Below the pieces are notes generated by a model that worked only from the letters and a program-made list of their open reading frames with translations, ran no database searches and was not told the DNA's origin. From a virus (Duplodnaviria > Caudoviricetes), in IMG/VR virus record IMGVR_UViG_3300020050_009209: 64,000 nucleotides of DNA; one strand, 5' to 3'. Position 1 is the first letter of the stretch. Each line of letters starts with the position of its first letter. The position numbers and the translations under genes were made by a program. This document shows, piece by piece, positions 9,646-18,715 of the stretch.

Positions 9646-11910
9646 ATGATCTCAGAGCCCGAATTGCGACGTCTGTACTTGGAAGAGAAGCTAACAACAA
9701 AGGAAATTGGTCAACGTTTTGGGTTGACTCAGAGTCAAGCTAATCGCCTTCGGATTAGGTACTCCATCCCTACGATTAGTAAGTCGGATCGGCTTGACCT
9801 ACCTCCGCTGACAACAACTCAGAAAGAGGTGTTACTGGGTTCAATTTTTGGAGACGGTAGATTACTCTCAACAGGTTCGGTTACTGCTGGGTACTCGGAG
9901 TTTCACTCAGACAAGCAGTATGAATACCTTCAATGGAAAGCTAGTGTGTGGGGGGCCCATCTCTGTTCGGTACGTGACGGAAATAGCACAAAAAACGGAA
10001 AAACTTACCGTGGTCATATTCTACGTACCCATGGGTGCAGGGAGCTATTTCCCTATTGGAAGAAAGTTTACCCGTCTGGAGCAGGGTACAAGGTTTTCTC
10101 TAAGTTAGACTTGACTGAGTTTACCGCTCTTTCATTAGCTGTGTGGTACTTGGATGACGGTTGCAAGTCGAACAATGGATACATACGACTTGCTGTAACC
10201 CCCGACGAGGAGAGTCAGCAAATTGAGTTAACCTTGTTGCGAGGGTTTGGTTTAGACCCTGTTCTTCACTCAAAAGATGACCCTGCTATTTGGTTACATG
10301 ACCGAGCTAGTATGCTCAGGTTTCTAGACCTAGTAGCCGAGCATATTCCAGTCTCTATGGGGTATAAGTTAGAGTTAGTCCCTCGCTCTCGGGGGGTAGC
10401 CCCACGGGACCTGTTAACGGAAGAAGTCTTACGCGACTCGGTTGGAAAAGGTCGTGGGCTGGATTGGATGGTGCAGTCCACTGGAACTTCCACTACCTCT
10501 GTTCGACGTGCGCTGAAAAAATTCGACCTGACTCTCCCTGAGACCAAACAAGACACATGGGAAGAAGTAAAACAGCGTGTTCAGGTTGGTATTTCGGATG
10601 TCGAGTTAGTGGATGCTCTAGTCAGCCTCCCTCTCCCAAAAGCCCCATCTACCGAAGAGGCTCGTCGTGACTTCGAGAACCTATGTTCCAAGACTTTGGT
10701 CAAGATTGAGGATGGGCTTATTCATGGAGGGGGTAGGGTGGGGTTAACTACCTGTCAGGCGTACTTTCAGTATAGGTATGAAGCAACCAGAGAGAGTAAG
10801 CCTTCGGTTCGACAAGCTTGGTTTGACCCCATTGCAATAACAAAGGCTATCGCATTCCAACGTAAGGTGGGCGACCCTGTTTACCCTGCTAATGTATTCA
10901 GAGCCATCAAGGCCTTGAATGCAAGCCCGTCAAACTTTAGGCCTGCCGTTGCAAAGAAGTTGGTGGAAGAGTTCTCTCCCAAGGGGGGCACTGTTTTAGA
11001 CCCATGTGCTGGGTATGGGGGCCGTGCTGTTGGTGCTATTGCAGCGGGTCGCAAGTACGTTGGAGTAGACCCTCACCCCAATGCAGAGGATGCCTTTGCT
11101 GCTTTGAAGGAGTGTATTACCGGAGACCTTACTTTCTACAACCTTCCATTTGAAGAGGTTCAGTTAGGGGCACTTCAAGCAGACCTGATACTGACGAGTC
11201 CCCCTTACTTTTCTGTTGAACGTTACTCGAACAATCCAACCCAGAGTTGGGTGAGGTACCCAACCTTTGACTTGTGGGTAGACAGGTTTCTGAGGGTACT
11301 TCTTAGCAAGTCATTTAACCATCTGAAGGATGGTGGAGTGATGCTACTCAACGTGGCGGACTCCTACTTGAGTGGGAAGTTGATCCCTCTTGTTCAAACT
11401 TCGTTAGACGTTGCCCAGTCGGTGGGGTTTGTTCATGAGCAGACGCTGGGCATGTTGTTAGGTTCATTTGGTCGACGTAGGAAGGAAGAACCCGTTCTTG
11501 TACTTAGAAAGAACGGTGGTGAGTGTGTTGTTCCTTTCATCTCAGTACCTAAAGGACCCCTTCGTAGGGAGGTCTACAGCTCTACAAAAGTCTCTGAGGG
11601 GGAGTTACGAAACTTGTATGAGGTAGAGCTGCTAACTGACTCCGAAATCGGGCAAAAATTTGGGGTCTCCGATGTGCTTATCTCTCAACAGAGGAAGCGA
11701 TTCAACATCCAAAGTGTTAGCTTTAGGCAAAGAATCGAGAAACGTAATCCATCCCTGTTGCCATTAAGTGGTCTAACCGAGGAGAGGTTACGAGAGTTGT
11801 CTGTAACCTTAAGCGATGGGGACATCGCAAAGCTCTATGGGGTCTCTAAGCCAACAATACGTAACCGTAGGCATCAGTACAAGATACTGACAGAGAGGAA
11901 GTCTAAGTGA
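9646..11910 (+). CDS. LAGLIDADG endonuclease - amino-DNA methyltransferase fusion with HTH-like modules
   Basis: LLGSIFGDG and LAVWYLDDG; VLDPCAGYGGR (SAM binding); LTSPPYF (catalytic); LRRLY/LRNLY...EIGQ.FG HTH-like repeats at both ends. Confidence 0.88.
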   Translation: MISEPELRRLYLEEKLTTKEIGQRFGLTQSQANRLRIRYSIPTISKSDRLDLPPLTTTQKEVLLGSIFGDGRLLSTGSVTAGYSEFHSDKQYEYLQWKASVWGAHLCSVRDGNSTKNGKTYRGHILRTHGCRELFPYWKKVYPSGAGYKVFSKLDLTEFTALSLAVWYLDDGCKSNNGYIRLAVTPDEESQQIELTLLRGFGLDPVLHSKDDPAIWLHDRASMLRFLDLVAEHIPVSMGYKLELVPRSRGVAPRDLLTEEVLRDSVGKGRGLDWMVQSTGTSTTSVRRALKKFDLTLPETKQDTWEEVKQRVQVGISDVELVDALVSLPLPKAPSTEEARRDFENLCSKTLVKIEDGLIHGGGRVGLTTCQAYFQYRYEATRESKPSVRQAWFDPIAITKAIAFQRKVGDPVYPANVFRAIKALNASPSNFRPAVAKKLVEEFSPKGGTVLDPCAGYGGRAVGAIAAGRKYVGVDPHPNAEDAFAALKECITGDLTFYNLPFEEVQLGALQADLILTSPPYFSVERYSNNPTQSWVRYPTFDLWVDRFLRVLLSKSFNHLKDGGVMLLNVADSYLSGKLIPLVQTSLDVAQSVGFVHEQTLGMLLGSFGRRRKEEPVLVLRKNGGECVVPFISVPKGPLRREVYSSTKVSEGELRNLYEVELLTDSEIGQKFGVSDVLISQQRKRFNIQSVSFRQRIEKRNPSLLPLSGLTEERLRELSVTLSDGDIAKLYGVSKPTIRNRRHQYKILTERKSK

Positions 11911-11957
11911 CCCCAGGGATCTTCTTGTAGCCTACCTAACATATAGGAGAGTGACTC

Positions 11958-12968
11958 ATGGCATTACTAGATGCAGATGCAACGTTAGCTGGAGGGGCAA
12001 CGCAAGCAGTAGACGCAGCTCTACTCTATACGTTGGATTCGGTTTTTGGGGGAGGTGCAACCCAAACAGGAGATGCTACCCTTCTCTACGACGTATCTTC
12101 AACGATGGTTGGTGGGGCAGACCAGGTATCGATTCCGACCCTTCTGCTAGACTCTCTAACAGGGACCCTAACGGCAAGTGGGGATCTCGTTGGAAGCGTT
12201 TTCTATGCCGGGGCTTTGGACTCAACGGCAGCTGGAGGTGCCTCTGTAGCGGTAGACCTACTTATGGGCGAGTTGGGAGCTGTAGACTGTAGCGGATCTG
12301 CAACCGTTGTAGCGGACCCTACCTCTCTCATGGCTTTGGGGTTGACTCTAGAAGCTGCGTCCTACTTGGTGACCCCTTCCTTGTGGAGTTCTCTAGGGGT
12401 ACCCCTACCTTTGGTGTATGGAAGTGATACGAACTTCAGTTCTACCATGGGTCCAAACCTCATCACCTCTACTGTGCGTAGCCCAGCGTTCTCTACGAGA
12501 GGGACCGGGAAGTTTTCAGCCGAGGGTAAGCTTACGGGTAGGCAGGGGTCTATTGACCTTTGGGTTACAACTGGGGCGACAGGATCAGCTAGGTCCTTGA
12601 TTGTACTTACCAACGGGGTAACCAATAACTTCCTAGAGATCCTCCTCGACACAAACAACAGAGTTAGTCTGATTCACCGTTCTGAGGCGACCGCCATTGT
12701 AGCTCAAGCTACTGCGCAGTTTGCAGCGGAGCCAGTTGGAACTAGAATGAATCTAAGGTATGTTTGGGAATCTACTCAGGCAGTTGACGTGTCCACTAGA
12801 TTCGCGGTACTGTACAAAAACAACGAGAAGATAGCCACTTGGGCGACTGACCCAACGGCAGCTTGGGATAGTTTCTTCCCCACCCTTATCTACGTAGGAG
12901 TTGGAAGCGTGGCTACGGGCGGAGACTTCAACGGCACCGTAGACAAGGTTCAAGTTGGTACTGCCTGA
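11958..12968 (+). CDS. Putative fibre/decoration protein: N-terminal DATLxGxA repeats, C-terminal LamG/ConA-like domain
   Basis: Repeats shared with 22247 and 23394; QGSIDLWV...FNGTVDKVQV pattern; RBS AGGAG. Confidence 0.55.
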   Translation: MALLDADATLAGGATQAVDAALLYTLDSVFGGGATQTGDATLLYDVSSTMVGGADQVSIPTLLLDSLTGTLTASGDLVGSVFYAGALDSTAAGGASVAVDLLMGELGAVDCSGSATVVADPTSLMALGLTLEAASYLVTPSLWSSLGVPLPLVYGSDTNFSSTMGPNLITSTVRSPAFSTRGTGKFSAEGKLTGRQGSIDLWVTTGATGSARSLIVLTNGVTNNFLEILLDTNNRVSLIHRSEATAIVAQATAQFAAEPVGTRMNLRYVWESTQAVDVSTRFAVLYKNNEKIATWATDPTAAWDSFFPTLIYVGVGSVATGGDFNGTVDKVQVGTA

Positions 12969-12983
12969 CAGAGGGAGCTTCCT

Positions 12984-13076
12984 ATGCCACCGTTGAATAT
13001 CTGGACAATCGGACCATTTGTGTGGTGGTTGCATGTCACAGACGCTACTTTACGTCTCTGGGGTTTGAAGAAGTGA
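12984..13076 (+). CDS. Possible 30-aa Trp-rich small protein (MPPLNIWTIGPFVWWLHVTDATLRLWGLKK)
   Basis: GAGGGAG precedes the ATG; below the ORF-track length cutoff. Confidence 0.3.
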   Translation: MPPLNIWTIGPFVWWLHVTDATLRLWGLKK

Positions 13077-13312
13077 CCAGTGCAGTGGCTGGGCTGCAAC
13101 AACTACTCCTCTGAGCTTGTCTACTATAGGTCCAGCATGGGATCCGTACTCACCTGAGGCCCCGCAGTGAGTAGTTCCCAAGACTTATTTTCACCCAGTC
13201 GAACTTTTCTGGTTGATTTCGCTAGCGCGATAAATGTACTTGGGTTATATAGTAGGAGTACTTAGGCATTGTTGATGCCAAATATCGTAAGATATCGAAA
13301 GGACAAGAGAAA

Positions 13313-13714
13313 ATGACAAAGACAGAGTTGATTTCGGCCCTCGCAGCAGAGATGGAAAGCAGCAACAACAAGTCCACGAAGGCGACCATCCGCGCTTTCC
13401 TCAAGGCACTTGAGGCTGTTTCGTGTAAGTCCCTTAAGAAGGACGGAGCGGTTACAATTCCTGGTCTCGTGAAGCTACTTGTCCTAAAGGTGGGCTCGAA
13501 GCCAGAGCGTAAGGCTCGGAATCCTGCGACTGGCAAGGAGATGATTGTCCCCGCGAAGGGTCCGGGCAAGAAGCTGAAGGCTCGATTTGTCCGTTCGCTG
13601 AAGGTCGGTGTTGGGCAGATTGCGGCCCCACCGAAGAAGGCTTCGACGGCTAAGCCTGCGGCTGCAAAGGCTGCAAAGCCTGCAAAGCCTGCGGCAGCTG
13701 CTGTCTCGAACTGA
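13313..13714 (+). CDS. HU family DNA-binding protein with Lys/Ala/Pro-rich histone-like tail
   Basis: MTKTELISALA...VTIPGLVKL...RKARNPATGKEMIVPAK; C-terminal AKPAAAKAAKPAKP. Confidence 0.92.
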   Translation: MTKTELISALAAEMESSNNKSTKATIRAFLKALEAVSCKSLKKDGAVTIPGLVKLLVLKVGSKPERKARNPATGKEMIVPAKGPGKKLKARFVRSLKVGVGQIAAPPKKASTAKPAAAKAAKPAKPAAAAVSN

Positions 13715-13734
13715 AGTCGGTCCGAACTCTCCTC

Positions 13735-13770
13735 AAAACCCCTCTCCCTCTAATAGGGGAGAGGGGTTTT
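13735..13770 (+). terminator. Intrinsic terminator after HU
   Basis: AAAACCCCTCTCCCT...AGGGGAGAGGGGTTTT hairpin with T tract. Confidence 0.88.
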
Positions 13771-13779
13771 GCTTTCCGA

Positions 13780-13791
13780 TAATCTACTTGT
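13780..13791 (+). promoter_or_regulatory. Putative phage late promoter (TAATCTACTTGT)
   Basis: Copy of a motif recurring before many structural genes; directly follows a terminator. Confidence 0.55.
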
Positions 13792-13823
13792 CATACCCAC
13801 CTTATAGATGGAGGTTACGGTAA

Positions 13824-15122
13824 ATGGCATTAGATCAAATCAAGTTTCGACCTGGCACGATGATCAAGTTCTTCTCAACCAAGTCGTTTGCGTTGGGTAG
13901 TACTGGGTATAACGTTACGGATGGTATGGAGGTCCTGTTCGATGGGACTACCGTAGAATTTAGCGGTAATCGGTTTACCCTACCTGGCCTTCGAGGGGCC
14001 ATTAAGGCTCAGTGGTTGGTACTTCCAGAGGAGTACGATGCCATTATGGAGAGTGGGGGCGTGGGCCCAGTTTCCGCGAACGTTCAGGTACGGTCTACGA
14101 GTGACTTAGGTCAAAACCCTATGCAGCCTGCTCGTAAGGGTATGATTGCTACGGTTGAGTCGGATGAGCGTATTGTCATGAGTCGAGGGGATCGTGCGGA
14201 AAGTGTGCAGCAAGCGAGGACGGCACAGAATCAAGCAAGGGATCAGGCGAGGCCTTCCGGTGGGGTTGCTAGGGCCTTTGGTAGCGGTAAGGGTATTGAC
14301 GTAGGTGGTGCCGAGTTTGGAACTCCGGTAGCTCGTACGTTTACTACTCCAGCAAAGCAAACCCCAGAGGTTACTCCTAACTCGGTAGGTCAGGCTATTA
14401 TGGCGGCCGACAAGGTAAAGGTCCAACCGGGGCAAGGAATGTCTGAGAGTGAGATGCTCTCCCGTATGTCAGACGATGACAGAGAGGCCTATCTATCGGA
14501 GAAGGAAGCTCGAAAAGCAGATGTCCTTAGTCGTACAGTAGGTTATGAGCGAGAAGGGAGGTCCACCTCTAATCTCGCGAGTAACAACCAGTTGGGTACT
14601 CAGGTTAAGCAGGCCAGTGCTCCACGTACGGTAGGGAGGGTGTCGGGACATAAGGTGAGCAACACGGAGGGCTTTACGACTACCTTGGCTACAGGCAGGG
14701 GGGTAGAGATTGCAGACCTGTCCGGAATGGATGATGCTCCAGCTCGTCAGGACACGGTCTCTTCTGAGGGTATGACGTTTAGAAATACGAACGGCCCAAG
14801 GAAGGCATTCAAGCCGGTTGTAAGTAGTGACTCGGCAGAGGCCTCTACTGATGCAGATTACATTGTACCCGTAAGACACGAAGAGCCTCAGTCTCGTATC
14901 GACAAGGATGGTACTGCGGACACTCGAAAGTTGATCGCCAAGTCAATCTGCAAAGAGTTCCCTGACGACTACGATTTCAGTGCTCACTGGAAACGTCGGC
15001 TAGCTACCATTCGACTGAACTATGAGGGCAACTTCGAGGTCATTCGAGCAATCTTCGCAGCCGAGAGTGACGACTTCAAGAAGCTCCTTTTGGAGGAGTT
15101 CCCAGAGGCGTTTACTTCTTAG
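13824..15122 (+). CDS. Hypothetical protein
   Basis: 432-aa ORF with RBS GGAGGT; low-complexity middle region. Confidence 0.6.
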   Translation: MALDQIKFRPGTMIKFFSTKSFALGSTGYNVTDGMEVLFDGTTVEFSGNRFTLPGLRGAIKAQWLVLPEEYDAIMESGGVGPVSANVQVRSTSDLGQNPMQPARKGMIATVESDERIVMSRGDRAESVQQARTAQNQARDQARPSGGVARAFGSGKGIDVGGAEFGTPVARTFTTPAKQTPEVTPNSVGQAIMAADKVKVQPGQGMSESEMLSRMSDDDREAYLSEKEARKADVLSRTVGYEREGRSTSNLASNNQLGTQVKQASAPRTVGRVSGHKVSNTEGFTTTLATGRGVEIADLSGMDDAPARQDTVSSEGMTFRNTNGPRKAFKPVVSSDSAEASTDADYIVPVRHEEPQSRIDKDGTADTRKLIAKSICKEFPDDYDFSAHWKRRLATIRLNYEGNFEVIRAIFAAESDDFKKLLLEEFPEAFTS

Positions 15123-15136
15123 TTCGTGAGCTTGAG

Positions 15137-15172
15137 GAGGGTGGGTAGCCTACGTGAGGTTACTCACCCTTC
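15137..15172 (+). terminator. Terminator-like hairpin
   Basis: GAGGGTGGGTAGCCT-ACGTG-AGGTTACTCACCCTTC; weak T tract. Confidence 0.55.
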
Positions 15173-15204
15173 ATGCATAATTCATTTGTACCTATGTGTA
15201 ATCG

Positions 15205-16815
15205 ATGACTCGAAGTGCAAGCACTCACAAAGAAGCTGGGATCATCGTTTACCTTCAGGAGGAGTTGACCGACGCAAGAATGCGTTGCGACCAACTGAAG
15301 AAGTTCGTTGATCGGGCTGTACGTCACATATCCGACTCCCCTCAGAAGGATACCTTCTATGAGGTGGCAGGGGATCTCATCTACGGGATTCCAGATGCTC
15401 TGTTCCGGTTAGATAAGGCTCTTGACGCTACGGCTCTTGCTGCGGCTAGGCTGGACTATGAAGAGCTGAAGCAGAGCCTTAAGCCAGAGAAGGTAGAGCT
15501 ACTGGAAGAAGTTCTTAAGGGCGTTAGGGTGAGACACCTTGATCGACGCGCCCCGTCTGCCATTAAACCGAGTCCAGAAGGCCTAGCCTTCCCCCAGGAG
15601 AAAACTGCTATGTTCAAGGCTGCGTCCAAAAATCGTGTTGCTGAGGCTCTTTACCGTATCGCTTCTGGGGTGGAGGCGGCAAGCCTATCTCCAGTGGACG
15701 CTACCATGAGGCTACATCGAGTCCTCATGGCCCTAGCTCAGACTCCAGATCGAGCCGTTCAAGCGATGGGTCCTATCCAGGCAGATTCTCGTGAGAAGGT
15801 CATGGAGGGGTTCAAGGGAGCCAACCCAGACCTCACTGATGAGCAGCTTGAGGAGATTGCTGACCAGTGGGAGAAGAATAAGGACGTTGTAAAGGACAAG
15901 CAGGCTGATTTTGGGAGTAGGCCGGTAGCTGACGGACTAAAGGAGTTGCTATCTGGACATAAGGCGTTAGCTCGTGCGCGCATCATACTTGAAGCTAGTC
16001 TTTCGGATGAAGTGGCGGATGTAGCGCTAGTTGATCTCGACAGGGCCCAAAAGTTGGTTGCTAAGTGCCTAGACCAGGTTTCTAGGGTCAAGACAGCTCG
16101 CTACGAAGAAGGCAAGTCCGCAGACCCTACCGAGAACATGTCTGAGGAAGACGCTGCGGAGTGGAAGAGGCAGACGGAAGAGAATCGCGATAACTTCAAG
16201 AGTGCTGCTGGTAAGACTTTCCGTTACCCGGAAGGTCAGATGACGGAAGAAGATTGGGTCGACAGGTACGCTGATTCGGTGGAGGAGTATCGTGCTAAAT
16301 GGACCGACCTATTTGATCGTCGGAAGTTCAACAGTCTGGAGGGGGATGGTGCACAGCAAAGGTACGAAGACGACCTGAAGCTCAAGGCCCAGAAACCACG
16401 CTTCCGAGCTTGGAAGAAGGGTAAGGAGACCTACCAGGACATCTCCAAGGCAACGTTCGAGTGGGCGAAGAAGCGAGGCATCAACTCCAAGTCCGCTGCA
16501 ATGGAATTCAAGAGTGCTGCGACTTCTCCATCAAAGGGGTCCCCTAGTGATTGGACACGTAAGGGGGAGCAGTGGGTGCAATCAGTTAAGTACGCTGGAG
16601 GGGTTAAACACGACTGGACCATTAGTGGGGATGGCCCTTTCCTAGTTCAGGTAAAAACGGAGGATGGTTCTTGGAAGGGGAAGACAAAGTTCTCCTCTTT
16701 GGAGGAAGCTCAGAAGTTTGCTTGGAAGTTTATTGGCAAAGCTAATGGGGAGGAACTGCTTGAAGAGGCTAAGCCAAAGAGTTTTACGAAGTCCGCCACC
16801 CAGACGATGTGGTGA
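15205..16815 (+). CDS. Putative internal virion polyprotein
   Basis: Modules separated by KEA/KTA/KQA/KSA motifs; preceded by TAATTCATTTGT-N15-ATG. Confidence 0.55.
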   Translation: MTRSASTHKEAGIIVYLQEELTDARMRCDQLKKFVDRAVRHISDSPQKDTFYEVAGDLIYGIPDALFRLDKALDATALAAARLDYEELKQSLKPEKVELLEEVLKGVRVRHLDRRAPSAIKPSPEGLAFPQEKTAMFKAASKNRVAEALYRIASGVEAASLSPVDATMRLHRVLMALAQTPDRAVQAMGPIQADSREKVMEGFKGANPDLTDEQLEEIADQWEKNKDVVKDKQADFGSRPVADGLKELLSGHKALARARIILEASLSDEVADVALVDLDRAQKLVAKCLDQVSRVKTARYEEGKSADPTENMSEEDAAEWKRQTEENRDNFKSAAGKTFRYPEGQMTEEDWVDRYADSVEEYRAKWTDLFDRRKFNSLEGDGAQQRYEDDLKLKAQKPRFRAWKKGKETYQDISKATFEWAKKRGINSKSAAMEFKSAATSPSKGSPSDWTRKGEQWVQSVKYAGGVKHDWTISGDGPFLVQVKTEDGSWKGKTKFSSLEEAQKFAWKFIGKANGEELLEEAKPKSFTKSATQTMW

Positions 16816-17503
16816 ATGAAGGCTCTTGAGGGCCTTTTGGCTGAGTCCAAACTCCCTGAGGGAGACCCAGCAGGAAGAGGGGTGTCTTTGGATCCTGGGA
16901 TCCCAGGCACCTCTTCTACTGGCTATGTCTATCTTGTCACAAATACCGTTAACGGTAAGAAGTATGTTGGTTGCACACGGGTGACTGTATCTAGGCGTTG
17001 GATTCAACATCGTAGCGCAGCTAAGAACGGGAGCCCATTCGCTTTACACCAGGCCATACGTAAGTATGGGTTTAACAAGTTTCAAATGCATTGAAGTTGT
17101 AGAGGGGTCTCATGCAACTCTGATGGAAGTTGAAATTCGTCTTATCTCTCATTATGGTAGTGTAGCCCCTTACGGCTATAACCTTACTCATGGTGGAGAT
17201 GGTGTTGACTACTCCGTGCCAGGAGTGCGGGAACGACACTTAAAAGCTATGCGTGAGTTACCTTTGGACCCTATCTGGGTACAGTCTCTTAAGGATGGGA
17301 TCAAGAAAAGACAAATGGACCCAGAGAGTAGGGCAAATCAGTTAGCTGGGGTTAGGCAGAGTCACCTTAACACTCGGTCTAAAGTCTGTACCTTATGTGG
17401 AGGCCCATTGGACATTCATAGATCTTGGTGCACCCCTTGTAAGAAGGACTACCACAAGGACTATAACAGGAAGTATACTATTAAGCTTAAGGGGCAGTCA
17501 TAG
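16816..17503 (+). pseudogene. GIY-YIG homing endonuclease split by a +1 frameshift near 17080
   Basis: GYVYLVTNTVNGKKYVGCT...RRWIQH...AIRKYG in one frame continues as IEVVE...EIRLI...GYNLTHGGDG in the +1 frame. Confidence 0.85.
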
Positions 17504-18291
17504 TGTACCCTGTGGCGGAATCTGGGCTCCCTGGAGGTGGCCCTTCTCCGCGAGGCGTATCCTTGGACTCTAGTATACCTGGAACCGCAACTTTTTCAAA
17601 GCCTGTAGAAGACATTAGGGAGCCAGATAAGGCCGAGGGGGGTTCAATCTACAGGAAGGATGACCCCGACTCATTGGCGAAGCCTCAGACGGGATACGAT
17701 GGGCGGGATCTTTCTCAGGTTAGGCCTAGCTATTCTTCTCCTGGGCCTAATGACGGCTCCATCACAAAATACCCATATCGCGATGGCATCCCAAACGCCC
17801 ACAACGCTGGTTTGGTTTCGTCTGTAGTTCAACTCTGGTTACTTAAGTCAGCACGGGAGATTCAAGTCGACCTTACACTTCCCAGTAAGGTAGCTGCGAC
17901 CCTCGCTGAGATTGAGGCAGGGTTGAACCCCAAGACTCAGATGAAAGCCAAGTCTTGCTCTTCTACCTTGAAGAGAGCTGACATAGCTAATTTGAGATGG
18001 ATCTTTTCGGTGGATTGTGGGAATGGTCCTAGACTTGTGAGGCTAAAGGCTGTACGAAGCGGTAAGGTCGTATCTCTTACGAAGATGGGTCTATTCTTCT
18101 CTTGCTCCTGTCCAGGATGGCAGTGGTTAGGCCCAGAGTATCATGCAAAAGGGGAGAACTACATTGACGGTAAGCCGAGAGGTACAGCGTCTCCCCCGAA
18201 CATCAAAGACCCCAATCGTGTAAATCGAGTCTGTAAGCATGTGGCGGCAGTTCTTTCCCAAGTGCGAGCTTGGCAGATACCAAACAAATGA
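17503..18291 (+). CDS. SWIM zinc-finger protein
   Basis: SCSCPGWQW...RVCKHVAAVL. Confidence 0.75.
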   Translation: MYPVAESGLPGGGPSPRGVSLDSSIPGTATFSKPVEDIREPDKAEGGSIYRKDDPDSLAKPQTGYDGRDLSQVRPSYSSPGPNDGSITKYPYRDGIPNAHNAGLVSSVVQLWLLKSAREIQVDLTLPSKVAATLAEIEAGLNPKTQMKAKSCSSTLKRADIANLRWIFSVDCGNGPRLVRLKAVRSGKVVSLTKMGLFFSCSCPGWQWLGPEYHAKGENYIDGKPRGTASPPNIKDPNRVNRVCKHVAAVLSQVRAWQIPNK

Positions 18292-18304
18292 GATGAGGTT
18301 AACC

Positions 18305-18715
18305 GTGCCAACGTATTCAATTGAGTGTCATGAGTGTGGGACCGTACGGGAGCAAAGACTTTCCTACTCGGAGTACGACTCTGTACGAGGTGGGAGTAAG
18401 AGCCTTACTTGTGACAAGTGTGAGCTACCGGTTCACATTGGATTCCATCCTGGAGCCATAGGCTTCATTCTGAAGGAGGGGGAGTCCGGTGGTTGGGCGA
18501 GTAAGTCCATTCGGGAGAATGCTTACCGTACCAAGCGTAGGGCTGTTATGGCTCAGAAGGAAGCCGATCACGTCTTCAAGAACTCTCTTCAGGCAAACTA
18601 CGATGGAGCTGAAACTGGCTCTTGGCGAGAGGCTCAAGAGTTGGCTCGAAAAGAAAAAGGTGACGCCGCTGCTGCCACCTATAACCCTCTTGTACAGAAG
18701 GAACAGATGACATGA
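18305..18715 (+). CDS. FmdB-like Zn-ribbon protein
   Basis: PTYSIECHECG...CDKC...GGWAS; GAGGT before the GTG start. Confidence 0.7.
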   Translation: MPTYSIECHECGTVREQRLSYSEYDSVRGGSKSLTCDKCELPVHIGFHPGAIGFILKEGESGGWASKSIRENAYRTKRRAVMAQKEADHVFKNSLQANYDGAETGSWREAQELARKEKGDAAAATYNPLVQKEQMT

